DNA of 64,000 nucleotides from Antechinus flavipes (Eukaryota): NCBI RefSeq assembly GCF_016432865.1, contig NC_067402.1, positions 183,582,001 to 183,646,000 of the forward strand, read 5' to 3'. Shown piece by piece: positions 40,186 to 52,358 of this stretch (position 1 is its first letter; each line of letters starts with the position of its first letter). The notes under the pieces were generated by a model. It saw only the letters and a program-made list of their open reading frames with translations, ran no database searches and was not told where the DNA came from. The position numbers and the translations under genes were made by a program.

Positions 40186-41013
40186 GTTATTTGGGGCAAG
40201 GTGGGTGAGAATCACCAGCATAGACAGTGTAATTAAATTTTTGAGTAGAAGAAAAGTTAGTTTTATAGCAATTTGAAGGATAGGCTGAATGTGGAAGAAG
40301 GAAGGTCAAGTGGCGAACCATGGAGTAATCTAGACATGAAGCAATTACTGTGTGATAAATAATTGTGGCAGTATTTTCATGAGGAGGAGTTTTATTATAA
40401 TAAGAACTAGTTCTCAGTTGATAAATGGTCAAAAGATATTAACAAGCTGTTCTGAAGGGATGAAATCCAATTTATTTATAGCCATATTTCGAAAAAGAAA
40501 GTTTTAAATCACTAATATGTAAATTATATGAGCCTAAAGTAGTATTGTGGTTGTAATTTACATTCATTAGATTAGCAAAGTTGACAAGGAAAATGACAAA
40601 TTTTGGAAGGTCTGAAGGAAATATCACATTGACAAACTTGCTATGGGTATGAATTGTTCCAGCCATTCTGAAAATCAATTTGGAACTATATACACATACA
40701 TATATGTATATTATATATGTGTGTAAATTATTTTGATTTTTAAAATATTTGAGACCATGTCCTGGACATATATCCAGATAAAATACATGCATATATGCTT
40801 TGAGATTCAACACTAGTTGGTGGTTTCTTTTTAATTTAATAGATTTTGATATTTTAGGCAATTCTTTTTGAAATTTAGCATGATTATGCCAACTTCCTTT
40901 GAATTTGAAGATCTTTCTTTTTGTCTATATCTATCTATCCAATTCTGTTAAATATGTTAAACCCATTTCTTTCTTTTTTTACAGAATATAGTTGTGAAGC
41001 TGTGAAGGCCAGG

Positions 41014-41072
41014 ATGAATGGACATATTTCCAGCCATTCCAGTGGCTTTGGAAGTTATCCTTCTCAAATGAA
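41014..41072 (+). CDS. EPS8: EPS8 first coding exon. Exon starts at 40985 (or 40992), ATG at 41014; encodes MNGHISSHSSGFGSYPSQM(N)
   Basis: Acceptor TTTCTTTTTTTACAG at 40984, start context GCCAGGATGA with A at -3, donor AA|GTAAGT at 41073. Peptide matches the remembered human EPS8 N-terminus MNGHISNHPSSFGMYPSQMN; 59 coding nt, phase 2. Confidence 0.96.
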
Positions 41073-41672
41073 GTAAGTTGAAAGATTAAAATAATCTTTG
41101 GGAAAGTGGTTTTGTTATGTATATCATTTCATATTTGCAAATATAAAGTTAATTTATATTCCTTATTAAATATCTCAGCAATATACATACATTCCTGTTC
41201 ATTTTTAACACATATTATCTTTAAAACTTTATAGCATCTAGTCAGGCTCAAATAAATCAATGAATAACAATTGATCAATAAGTAAGTATTTATTGTTTTT
41301 TGTTTGTTTGTTTTTTTGTTTTTTTTGTGAGGAAGTTGCAGCTAGTAAGTATCTGAAGCCAGAACTGAGGTCAGAACCCCAGACTTCAAGGCTGGTGCTC
41401 TGTGTACTGCACCATCTAGTTGCACCTAAATAAGTATTTATTAAGCAACTCCTACTCTGTGGTAGCCATTGGAGGTACAAATACAGCTGTTGCTTGCAAG
41501 GCATTTATATTTTAATAGAATAGGCATTTATTAACTGTGATCCTGGCCAAGTCACTTAATTCTGCCTCAGTTTCTTCATCTACAAAATGAGCAAGAAATT
41601 GCAAACTACTGCAGTATCTTTGCTAAGAAAATCACAAATGAGGTCATGAAGAATTGGATACACCTGAAATAA

Positions 41673-41972
41673 TTGAACAATAAAATATATACATATATGT
41701 TATATACATATATATTTATACAGACACATATATGCTATATGGTTTTTATATATCATTTTTTTATTCTGTATATAATTTATAAAGTATATTATCTTTCTAT
41801 TTATATAATGCATATATATTGCTTATATACATTCTACATAAATATTCTATATATTCTAAATATATATGTATGTATTTATATATATATATGTACTTTTAAA
41901 TATATATAATTGAAGGAAGGTGTTAGAGTTAAGAGGTGTTGCTTTTTAAATAATATTGATGTTAACACTTTA

Positions 41973-42015
<43 letters not shown>
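41673..42015. repeat. (TA)-rich low-complexity tract followed by a (TA)(GT)(TA) microsatellite in EPS8 intron 2
   Basis: Direct reading; explains the I/Y-rich spurious ORF 41673-41909. Confidence 0.85.
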
Positions 42016-42629
42016 CTTGACTTTCAGTTAGAATGTAAACACTTTGAGACCAGGTATTATTTCATTCTATTTATTTGCACCCACAGCATTTAGCAGTATG
42101 CTTGGTAAGTAAAAGGTACTTAATACATGCTTAATATTTAAATAGGGAGCTCACTATTTCCCACTTCAGTCCATTATTCTTCTAGATAACTCTTCAGAAA
42201 ATTTTTCATCCTAATAAGCTAAAATCTGACTGTCATATCTTCACTAATGCTCCATTTCTTGGAGACAAGAAATGTCTTCCACGTGATGATTCTTTTAACA
42301 CTTGAAGATAGCAGTTTTACACTCTATAAATCTTTTCTCAAGGCTAAACATTCCTATTTCTTTCAAGTGATCTTCCAAGGTCATAGATTAGAGTCCCCAT
42401 ATCACTTCTGGACATACATATTAGTAGTTTTAGTGAAATAAATTAACCAGAAATTTCCATAGTAGTTTAGATACAATGTCAGCAGTATAGAGTATGGTAA
42501 AAACTATATAGGATCTCTGTTCTGATACTGTGTTTGTCTTAATGTAGCCTAAGAGATCAGTTGCATTTTTTTGGGCCACTATGACAGTCACTTGAAACAT
42601 AATAATGTGATATCTTTATTTTATTACAG

Positions 42630-42703
42630 TGGTTATGGGTCACCCACATTTCCTCAGATGGACAGAGATCATAACTCCAAAACAAGTGCAAAGGCTCTAT
42701 ATG
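42630..42703 (+). CDS. EPS8: EPS8 second coding exon, (N)GYGSPTFPQMDRDHNSKTSAKALY(E)
   Basis: Acceptor TTTATTTTATTACAG, donor G|GTATGA; 74 nt, phases fit both neighbouring exons; SKTSAKALYE is identical to mammalian EPS8. Confidence 0.96.
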
Positions 42704-45700
42704 GTATGATTCATTTATTTGATATAGTATTTCTATTCTTGGATAATTTTCAAGAAATGAATTTTTAATTTTTATTTTCTTCAATGTATTTTTAAACTCA
42801 ATCTTATGCTATTTGATCTGAATTTTTAGTAGCACTATGTACTTTTAAAGACTATGTTAAATACTTTTCTTTAAGAAAGCTAAGCAAGAGCTTCTTTGTT
42901 ACCAGTATGCATTTTGAAGTATAGAGGATACTTCCTGTGACACTACTCTTGGCTTTTACCTCTGTAAGACTGCCTAATAGGCAGAGGTCCAACTAAGTTT
43001 ATTGCAATTTGGCAGTTAACAAGGTTCCTTTGTCATGACTCCTGAGTATGTTTAATATGGATAGTTCTGGACAACAGCCACAGATGACAAGGTCCTTTCC
43101 TGTGGTATTTAGAAATATGCTTCCCACTTGGCATCAGATACTGTCAATGCTTCAATTTTGCCAGGTCTTTTTGTTGTTGTTGCTTTTGAGAATTGAAGAA
43201 TAACACACTGGTCCAAATACAGACTCTGCTTTGAAAGTATAAAACTCAAAAATTCTGCCTCTGAAAACATTTTGAAAAAGTGTACATAAAATTATAAATT
43301 AAAAGATAACATTGTAATTTGTACTTGAGTTTTTTAAAGTACAGCCTTGCATTCAGACAAATATGATACAATCATTTTCAGAGCAATCCTAGGTATCTCT
43401 GAAAAGTGTAATAATGTGTGTCGAAGGGATTAAAATTTTTAGGTCTTATTTGCCTTTTTTAATTTTATTGTCTTAGAGTAAAGCAAAGTTTTAAAATTTG
43501 TAGTATAATATTTTAGTAAGAATTAATTGTATTAAAACTTGACCTTTTTTCCTACTTGTGTTATTACTGTATAGCCTTTATGATTCATTATATGTTTCAA
43601 TAAACTGGACATAACAGCTCCCATCAACAAATTTTAACATTGACTTGTCCTCCTAATTTAGCATTTGATATCTATACTTTTAAAACATATATGTTGATGG
43701 ATATGAAGGCTTTAGTTTTATATTTATCTATCTTCAAACTAAGTGCCCTCAACAATGGAATAGAATGAGTAACTTCAAAAAACTTTTAAGTATACTAATA
43801 TAGCCCCAACTATCTTAATGAGCGATTACCAAAATATAAACTACTAAGCAAACTGTAGTCTGCCCTAGCCAGACCATCTTTAGAGACCCGTGTTTAGTTT
43901 GTGGCACACAGTATAAAAGATAGTCTTAATAACATAGAGAGTATCCAGAACACAGAAACCAAGATGCTGCATGGCATCCAGAACACACCATGTGAGGATC
44001 AGTCAAAAAATTGGTACTTTTTCCTGAAGAAAAAGAGGATTAGGGTAGATAGAGGACATTATAGCTTGTTTAGGAAGTTGAAGGGCTATTATGTGAAAAA
44101 GAAAGATTAAATAAGTTCTGTTTGGGCCCAGAAAGTAGAGCCAGTAATAATGGGCTAAAATTGTAAAAAGGCAAATTCAGATTGGATGTCCTAAAATTAA
44201 AGGTCTCCAAAAGTGGAGCTGATTGTGCTGAAAAGTTGTTAGTTCCCCCATCTTTAAGAAGAGTCTGAACGTTCATTTGTTGGATGTTGCATGAGGAATT
44301 CTCATATGGCCCTTAATTGATTAATTTTGTTTTAAGGAGAAAAGAACATTCAAGCATTATTTCCTGGATAATTCTATTTAAAGGTTGCTTTGTAGCTTTT
44401 GTCTATTTGGTAATAGAATAGACTTTTAATCAGATAAAAATAGGGAAACTATTTTTTCCTTTATGTCTTTACAATTCTATGTCTCAATCATAGATTCCTG
44501 TGAGACTTAATTTTTGCATTTGAACTAAGGAAGCTATGTTTTTTTTTTTTTTAATTGAAAACACACTGATGTGTGTATTCAGTCACATTAATCACGTCTA
44601 TGTGGTATATCCATGGTTAGTTTTTTTATTTCATGCTGACTACTCATATTACCCACAAAACTGTTTCCAGTGCCACCATTATATGTATGTATGTGTATAT
44701 ATATATATATATATATTATACATGGAATGAATATAAACTATTTTGACATTAGCTTAAGTAGAATATAACTCAAGAAATAAACATGCTTTAAAACAGCATA
44801 TAATAGGGCATTCTGACAAGAAGGCTCAGTGATTATGAGTAAGCTCATTTGCTCATCTCTACATCATCTCTTCAAAACAGTAACAGATGTGCCATAGTGA
44901 GTAAAAGAATAATAAATAGGAGAGGGGAAATATACCAGAAAAACTAGCATAGAAACTAAAGTAAAGATTAAGGAAAAAAGAGATCCTGATAACAATAAAT
45001 AAATACAATAAGAGTAAAAAGAACAAGTAAAAATCTTGAAAGTATAAAATTCAAAAATAGCAATATTAACTATGTCCAGAATAGAAAATAAAAACCTCTT
45101 GGTGGTTGAAAAACATAATATGAGACAGAAAGTTTGATATTGATGTATAAGAATATGGACTTTAAAGTACTGAAAGGACAGAAAAAGAAGATAAAGAACC
45201 CAAGACTCATAAGTTTGGAATAGTTGGCAAAAACTGGATAAAAGGCATAGAATAGACATACATACATAAGTTTTGAAATGGTAAAGGAACAGAATAAAGT
45301 TTTAAAATACCTAACCTAGAAAAAGACTTACTTTCTATAAGCCAACTAAACCAGAGGACAGAATTTTAGTAAGACAATCTGACAAAATTTTTAATGTCCT
45401 GGGAGAAAATGCAAAAAAAAAAAATAACAAATTTGAATATTGATCCAAAATTCATGTAAAAAATTAGAACTGGAAGGTCAAATGCAGATTAATATATAAC
45501 TCCAACAGAGAGGAACTATAAATTTTGCTCAATTAGAAAAAGTTTTCCAAATTTCAGAACTCTGTAATCAAAGAGAAACTCTTACACAATGAAATTCAAA
45601 TATTAAAAAATGCTGATTTGAATCATATAATATTAATAAATGAGGATAAGAAATTAAAGAAAACTGTCAGAATCTGAAGTAATGGAAATCAAAGCAAATT

Positions 45701-46817
45701 GACTTGTTCCTCTCCATTTTTTATCCTGTAAAATTGAATATTTTTCTTTATAAGTAAAGATGGCTCTAAAGTAATATCAAACTTTCATTCTTCCTGAGTG
45801 GACCTGTGAGGTTGGAGAGCTGGGTAATGCTTTTGACTTGCAAATTGTCCTCTTGTAAATCATTTACAAAGTTAACAGACAGATGTTAAAATATGAAAAA
45901 AAAAAAGATCGAGGTTAAGATACTGAATGAGTCAAGTCAAGGATGATTTAATATTTATATGCCATTAGAGGGAATTGTTATTTAGTGATTTTTTTAGTCA
46001 CTTTTGACTCTTTGTGAACACTTTTTAGGTTTTGCTTGGCAAAGATACTAGACTGATTTACCATTGTATTTTTTAGCTCATTTTACAAATAGAATTAAGT
46101 GACTTGCCCAGCTAATAAGTGTCTGAGACCATATTTGAATTCAGAGATTTCTGATTCAAGGCCTAGCACTTTACTGACTGCCCTACCTAGTTCCCAGGGT
46201 TATTGTCTTTGAAAATTCCATTTTATAAGGAGGATTTTATTTGTATTTGTAAAAATCATTGAGAAAATGAAGGCAATAGAGTGGAGGCAGAATCTCAAAA
46301 AGGAGAAAAATTGAAGTTGAACATTTAGAAGAGGGAAAGAGCAGATAAGTGAATTATTATTATTAAATTTAATGAGGCATCAGGTGAAGATCAAGCATAT
46401 ACAAAGATAGGATTGGGAAAGAAAGAGTGATTTTAAACTACGCTGTCTTTATTAGGCTCAAGATGTAAAAAAAAATCAGTAAAAGTTGGCTGTTTTTCTA
46501 GATATTCATTAGCTGCTTAATAATTTAGTATTAAAATATTTCTAGGAATCAAACTCATAGGCCTATAGTTTATAGATTAAAATGTTCCCCTTCTTTGAAA
46601 ATAGAGTATTCATCCTCATTGAATTCTTTGGTATAGCATTTTCTACGAGCTTTCAAAAGACTTCTGACTGTCACTCAGCTGTCACATTTGCTTTTTACTT
46701 TAATATCCTATATCAGAAGTATCAAATATGATGTCTAGAGGCCACATGCAGCCCATAATGTTTTCAAGTGTGGCTGGAACCAGATTAAAAGTAATTGGGA
46801 AGTTTGTAACAATTTAA

Positions 46818-46819
<2 letters not shown>

Positions 46820-46848
<29 letters not shown>
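46820..46848 (+). repeat. (AC)n microsatellite (~14 units) inside a MITE
   Basis: Direct reading. Confidence 0.9.
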
Positions 46849-46850
<2 letters not shown>

Positions 46851-47499
46851 AACAGATAATCTTAATATGTGGTTTTCTAGATCAGCACATATCCACAGGA
46901 ACCCCATTAAACTGGCCCCTCTTTCTATTTGAATTTGGCATCACTACCTTAGGTATTGTTCATCTGGGCCATCTGATCTGCCAGTGCACCTTAAAGCCCC
47001 TTGGACTATATCTTAAGGACCACCAGGCTTTCTCCTTGTCCAGGAACTGAATACTCATATGTGTTTATTCTTTCATTTAGGGTGTGAGGTGTTTGAGAGC
47101 AATAACTATCCTACTTTCCTATTTGTATTTCTTCTACCTTCTTCACTGTGCCAGATTTTCTTTTCAACGTGACATCTTATTCTGCTTACATCCTAGTGCA
47201 AAAATACCCTCAATCTATTCACTTTCACTAAGTATTAATTCAAATTGAATTTCAAAAAGCATTAAGCACTCACTCTGTAAATGTAGGTTTAAGTGGGCCT
47301 CAGCATATTACCAATACTGACTTTCATGCAAAAACAAAATGAAACAAATAATGTAAAATATATCCAAGAAATATATCATTAGAAAAGAATGTAGGCTTCT
47401 AAATTTTCATTAGTTCATTCATCAAAAGAAACTACATGCTTTCTTCTAGTCTGCTTATCCTTGTTGTGGATATCACTTCCCTCTTAAATATTTTGGTTC

Positions 47500-48480
47500 T
47501 ATCCTTTCCAATGCAAAAATTTTTCTCCTTGGCAGTAAAAACAAAGTAAAATAATTGAAAAGATTTGACTCCTCTCACTATTATTGCTAGTCATTATCCC
47601 ATCCAGAGCATATTCTTTTGTTGATCTTCTTCTTTTCCCGGATATAGCTGAATTAAAAAAAAAAAAAAACCTTCTCTGTTGTTCCTCTTCAGTTTTGTTT
47701 GTTTGTTTTCTATCTTCATAATTTCATTGTTAAATGCTTCTAATCCTTCTTGGACTGACTTCCCCAGTAGAATTATAATCTGCAATGCCCTTTCTCTAAA
47801 CTCTTTGGAATGTGTTATCCTCAAATCTATGTACATGTCAAACTATTTCTGGTTTTCTTCTCTTTTTCTATGATAACCTTTAAGATCAAAAGTTCATCTA
47901 AGGTTCCCATCATTTCTATGTCAACAACTACGTCCTCCTTGTTAGTGGATGTCAGATCCAGAATAGTATTTCACCTTTTTGGCTCCTTCACCTTTTGAAG
48001 TATGAAAGTTTTTCAAAGGCAAGTAAAAACATTATTAGCTGTTGAAAGAACAGCAGCAGATCTATGAAGAACTGAAAATACCCATAATATGTCAGGAAGC
48101 CACAGATATTCTACAATATATTCAAGTGGCAATATTATTTTGCTCTATTTCCATGGATCTTGATCTGTTTTTTGCTATGTGCTTTTCCTGGACTTCCTCA
48201 TGTGTATATATTCTTCTATTTCCTTTCTTTGACATAAGATGCATCCTAGCAGGGTTATTTTTTTAGTCATGGGCCTCCTTCCACCAAATATTAACCATAC
48301 TGATAAGTCCAAATTTCTCTTTTATTAAAAAGTCTGGTTCATCTTGCTTTTAAAATATACTTTGCACATATTTATAGACTTATGAGACTATGGGTTTGCT
48401 GGTTACTTTCTTAAATTTTGTGCTTCTCTACTGTGATTCCTTTTCTAATGTATCTGCTGTTCTTGGAATATGGCATTGTG
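47500..48480 (-). mobile_element. L3/CR1 LINE remnant (endonuclease and linker region)
   Basis: Minus strand translates NTILDLTSTNKEDVVVDIEMMGTL and LGKSVQEGLEAFNNEIMK, resembling the CR1 motifs ILDLILTNKEELV and GKSAQEGWEAFKNEILK. Confidence 0.65.
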
Positions 48481-49410
48481 AATAGACATCTAGACAGTTT
48501 TCTCCTTCCCTCTTTTTCATTTTAATGCTCTTTGATTTGATTTGTAAGACTCAAACAAATGCATTCTTGACAGCCCTCATTAGGTATATTCCTTTCTGGT
48601 TGGAAGCTTGCAATTCAAAATATTAAACAGTAGTCCTAAAATACAAATCTCATTTTCAGAGTCTGTCTTATTAAATGACTATTCCCTTTTCAAATATCTT
48701 TCCCTATTGAAATCCTTCACTTCCTTCAAAGATTATGAAATGACATTTTCTGAGGTCTTCATTTTCTTCCATTAGGCTTTTTATTCTTTTCCTTCTGCCA
48801 GAGTTATCAGGTGTTCCCACACAACTCATAAGAAGTGAGTAGTCATACACTCTTTAAAAAATCTTGAGAGGTTTTCTGTCTTGTATTAGGTATATCCTTG
48901 TAAAGTAGCAGATGCTTCCATTATTGTTATTGGGGTAATGAAAAGGTAACTCGGACCAACCCTACTTAATTCTCATTCTTGCTAGATGATCTCTCACCTT
49001 TGGATGAACATCAGCATTCCTTGGGAGCATAGGCAGTTGTTCACCCTTGGGGAATGAAACTGACCTCTTCTGTAAGATCCTCCTTCTTGTTTCTTGTTTA
49101 AAGGCCATAATCATTTTCCTTCTCTTATGAGTGAGGTTCCTTCACTTCTTATCCACTCATTATTCAGGATATTCTCTCTCTTTAAATTCTTCCCCCCTTT
49201 ATTTTCATACTGCCTCTTCTCAAAGGCGTCATGACTTAATTTTGTTTCATATTGCTTTTGTTTGGGTCCATATTAACACTTTATTGTTCTAATAACTAGA
49301 GTGCGGGGGGACATTTTTTCAATCAAAGAATATTCACTAAATGCCTACTTGTTGTGCTCTTCTTTAAAATATAATGGTTCTCTGGGAGCAGGTTTCTTGG
49401 GGAGGTTTTC

Positions 49411-51586
49411 AGTTTCTAGCCCTGTTGGGTTAGAAGGCCTGTATTCTCCCCAACTGTAATCTTTCTGCTGGTTGATCATGTAATCTCTTTGTGCCATGTC
49501 ATTATTTTTAGGCTGATTGATCACATCAGAGTCCTGCCCTTCCAAAGACTCTCTGGGTGTAACCTCAGCTGCCATCATACCCCACCTGTCTTTTGATTGA
49601 TATCTTAGAGGTGGGCTCTGCCTCTCATTTCTCTGGGTCAATCTACATTCAGAGGCCCAGTGAAAGCCTCGGTTGCATTTTGGACATGGGGTTTTGGGTT
49701 TTATTCTCTCACTCTGTCTTCTCACTCTATCTCCATATCTGCACTGAGCTCTAAGATGTCCTATTTTTCCACACTGAAAGCATCTACAAGTTTCTCTGGA
49801 AGTCCCTTGCCAAGAGGGACCCTGTCTTCCCATGTTCATCAAAGTCTGAATATAATAAGGATTTGGCCTACTGTGGCACAGCATTTTATGATCTCTTCTA
49901 AAGGAACATCTTTGTCTAGTTCCCATATAGTTCTTTTGCAAACCTCATTGGCATTGTCCTTAGCCAGATGTCTGGTCATTATTTCTGTAGCAGCATTATC
50001 GCCAATGGTTCTTATTACAGCTGTTTGCAAATGTCCTACAAAATCTGCAAAAGGTTCATTGGGACCTTGCTCTATTTTTGTGAAGGCTTTACATCCATCT
50101 TTTTGTCCAGGGTGAGAACTCCAAGCTTATATTGCAGCCTTAGAAATTTGCTCATACACTGGTATGGGATAATAAATCTGTTCTGAATTCTCTCCATACT
50201 GACCTTCACCAAGCTATCTGTACATTAGCTCCTGCATTGGGCTTGAATCCTACATAGTTCATGAAACTCCAGAAGCCACAACAAATTTTGTCCAGGTGCT
50301 AAACATGTTCTTGCTATGGATTTCCATCATTTGGGGTTAGGATTTCATAGGACAAATTATCTAGTAACATCTTAACATAAGATGATGTAGCCCTGTAATG
50401 ACCGCGTATTTAAAATCATCTGGAGTCAGGAATTCAGGTTAAGGGAAAAATCTTCAATATTTATTGAAGTGAAGAGATGAATAAGGATTGCGATAGCAAA
50501 TATAGGTAAGAAAGATTGCAATACCAATATGGGCAGCTGCGACGGGAAGCCAGCTAACAGAGAGAGATCTGAGCTGAGCAAACCATTGCAATGGCAATGC
50601 AAAAAGTCTCTCTTTCCCCTTCCTTTTCCACTCCCTTGCCTCCACCCACCAAAATCGTCATTTCCTATACAACACATCAGGACTTGCACAAAGAGTGGGT
50701 GGGGGCCATTCTTTCTCCAAGCTGATATATTAATAGAGTATGGTCCAATTACTATTTAGCCTCATGTGCTTGGGACCTCAGTGCATCAACTCAGGCCTCA
50801 GCCCATTACATAGCCCCATAAAGAGTGCAACCCTTTTTCAATTCCTTACTTTTTTCCAAATTAAAAGGAGTGTATCTTCTCCCTTTTTGACCAGAAGAGT
50901 CAAGCTCTTCAATCACAGGATATGCATTTATAAAATCAGATACATCTTGTCCTTCATTTTTTGCCTTAATGCTTTTTCTAATCTTGTCACAGGCTCCTTA
51001 ATAAGTGGTTCTGGTTGCATTACTGCCTTGCCCCCTCCTCCTTCTCCCTCCACCCATGAAGGGTTAATTGAAGGGGGAGGGTCATGATATATGGAATGAT
51101 CTAATTTCTCCTGCTGTGAAGTATCACACTCAAAATTGTACTTAACTTCATTCTTTTCTGATTCTTCCTCCTTTTCACCTAGTTTAGTTGGCACCTCCCC
51201 CTCCTGCTCATTCTTCTTTTTCCTTATTCTAACACTTATATAATTTCCTAAAGCCAGTTGTATTAAATTATATGTATTAAGGATGTCTTTGAAAATTGAG
51301 TCAGATCCATCTTTATTGCAGAATTGACAAAGATCTCTTCTACTAATTTGGAGTTTGGATTAGAATTGTAGTATTCACTAAGTTACTCTCCTACTAATTT
51401 TCACTCACTTTGATCCAATTCTTTTTTCGTAGAGAACCAAGGGCATACGTGCTTTACAATTTCTAAAAGTTCAGTGATCTGCTCCAAAATTATAATCAAA
51501 CTTTGGCTTTTCATAACTTTGACAATGCTATCTAAACATTTTCCTTGAACAGAAACAGAAGGCTGTTTTCTAAACATCTGTCCCAA
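49411..51586 (-). pseudogene. Decayed ERV gag (MA-CA-NC), frameshifted and split by a nested LTR
   Basis: GQMFRKQ N-terminus with TTG at 51584-51586 where ATG-Gly is expected; CA start YPVIEE (~50919); ELKKGCTLYGATSSYVKMLL; major homology region KIEQGPNEPFADFVGHLQ (~50030-50083); CCHC knuckles CFQCGKIGHLRAQC (49741-49782) and CPKCNRGFHWASEC (49645-49686). Confidence 0.92.
50394..50810 (-). mobile_element. Solo LTR (417 bp, family B) nested in the gag capsid region
   Basis: Perfect 7-bp terminal inverted repeat TGTAATG...CATTACA; 6-bp TSD TAGCCC at 50388-50393 and 50811-50816; AATAAA on the minus strand near the 3' end; removing it restores the gag frame. Confidence 0.93.
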
Positions 51587-51704
51587 CTTAGCTGAAATTC
51601 TACTTTAACTCTTTTAACAAAATTTCTTTGTTGTACTCACCCTAATTTCTGGGTTGAGGACACTTTTCCACTGGAATCAGGATCTGAAATCAAGGTCCTG
51701 TCAG

Positions 51705-51722
51705 TCTCACATTCGGGCACCA
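51705..51722 (-). promoter_or_regulatory. Primer-binding site, tRNA-Lys type
   Basis: Minus strand TGGTGCCCGAATGTGAGA(CT), 3 nt after the LTR-terminal CA; resembles the Lys PBSs TGGCGCCCAACGTGGGGC and TGGCGCCCGAACAGGGAC with CpG-type decay. Confidence 0.8.
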
Positions 51723-51725
51723 AAA

Positions 51726-52358
51726 TGTGGGGTTCTCTTCTTTAAAATATAATGGTTCTCTCAGAGCAGGTTTCTTGGGGAGGTTTTCTGGAGGCAGTGA
51801 AGTAATAATCACTCCAAATACAGCCAGCTCATAAAATCCAAACATTTATTTTCTCCTTCCAAGTCTTGTCTCTTTCCTTGGGCCAGTTAGCTTTTTTAGA
51901 GGCCTGTCTCCCTCCTTTGTTCCAAGAGCTCTTGCAGTTTTGACTGCAGCCTCTAGCTTGTCAATCTCCTTAACTGAACTCACTTGAGCTTTCTTTGGTT
52001 CTGAGAGCTCTCGTTGCTAATCTTTTGACTCTAGCAGCTTCTGCTTCTAGTTCAACTCTGACCCCTGGCACTCTTCCTAACTTCCTAACTGAACTAACTG
52101 ACTGACTGACTGAAGCTCTTTTTATGCTCTCTCAAAGGTTGACTCCTCCTCCAAGAGTAGGATTATGGGAGGTGTGAATTCACAAAGCTAACTTTGTGTA
52201 TTTCCCATATTTGTGAACATTTGTGAATCTTCCAAACTTGTGAACATGAGTGTGTGAGTTAATGTGTGAACTCTCAAAGGTACAAACCCAAACACACAAG
52301 CATTGCTTCTATCAATTCCATTGAGTTATCACCTTGTTTCAAGTTCTGGCTCATAACA
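51726..52358 (-). mobile_element. 5' LTR (633 bp) of the provirus, LTR family A
   Basis: On the minus strand it starts TGTTATGAG and ends ACCCCACA just before the PBS; AATAAA at plus 51845-51850 (TTTATT); TATA-like CATAAAAA near 52120-52128; short U3 repeats (TGTGAA, ACTG); homologous to 18922-19491. Confidence 0.88.

Larger units (their letters stand above)
49350..52358 (-). mobile_element. Betaretrovirus-like (class II/ERV2) provirus remnant: 5' LTR, PBS, decayed gag, and terminal ~61 bp of the 3' LTR; pro/pol/env absent
   Basis: Termini TGTT...AACA; identical 6-bp flanks CCTACT at 49344-49349 and 52359-52364; gag motifs and PBS lie between two copies of the LTR end sequence. Confidence 0.93.

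Noticed and set aside
42571-42768. 65-aa ORF containing EPS8-like sequence
   Set aside because: It is the 74-nt exon read through its flanking introns; splice sites define the real coding part.
49411-49640. Possible dUTPase/protease after gag
   Set aside because: No DTGAD or dUTPase motif in the frames inspected; the sequence runs into the LTR end.
49660-50115. 151-aa plus-strand ORF
   Set aside because: Antisense shadow of gag; Ser/Leu-rich with no recognisable domain.
50426-50759. Three overlapping 63-87 aa ORFs
   Set aside because: All lie inside the nested solo LTR, which is non-coding; no protein motif.
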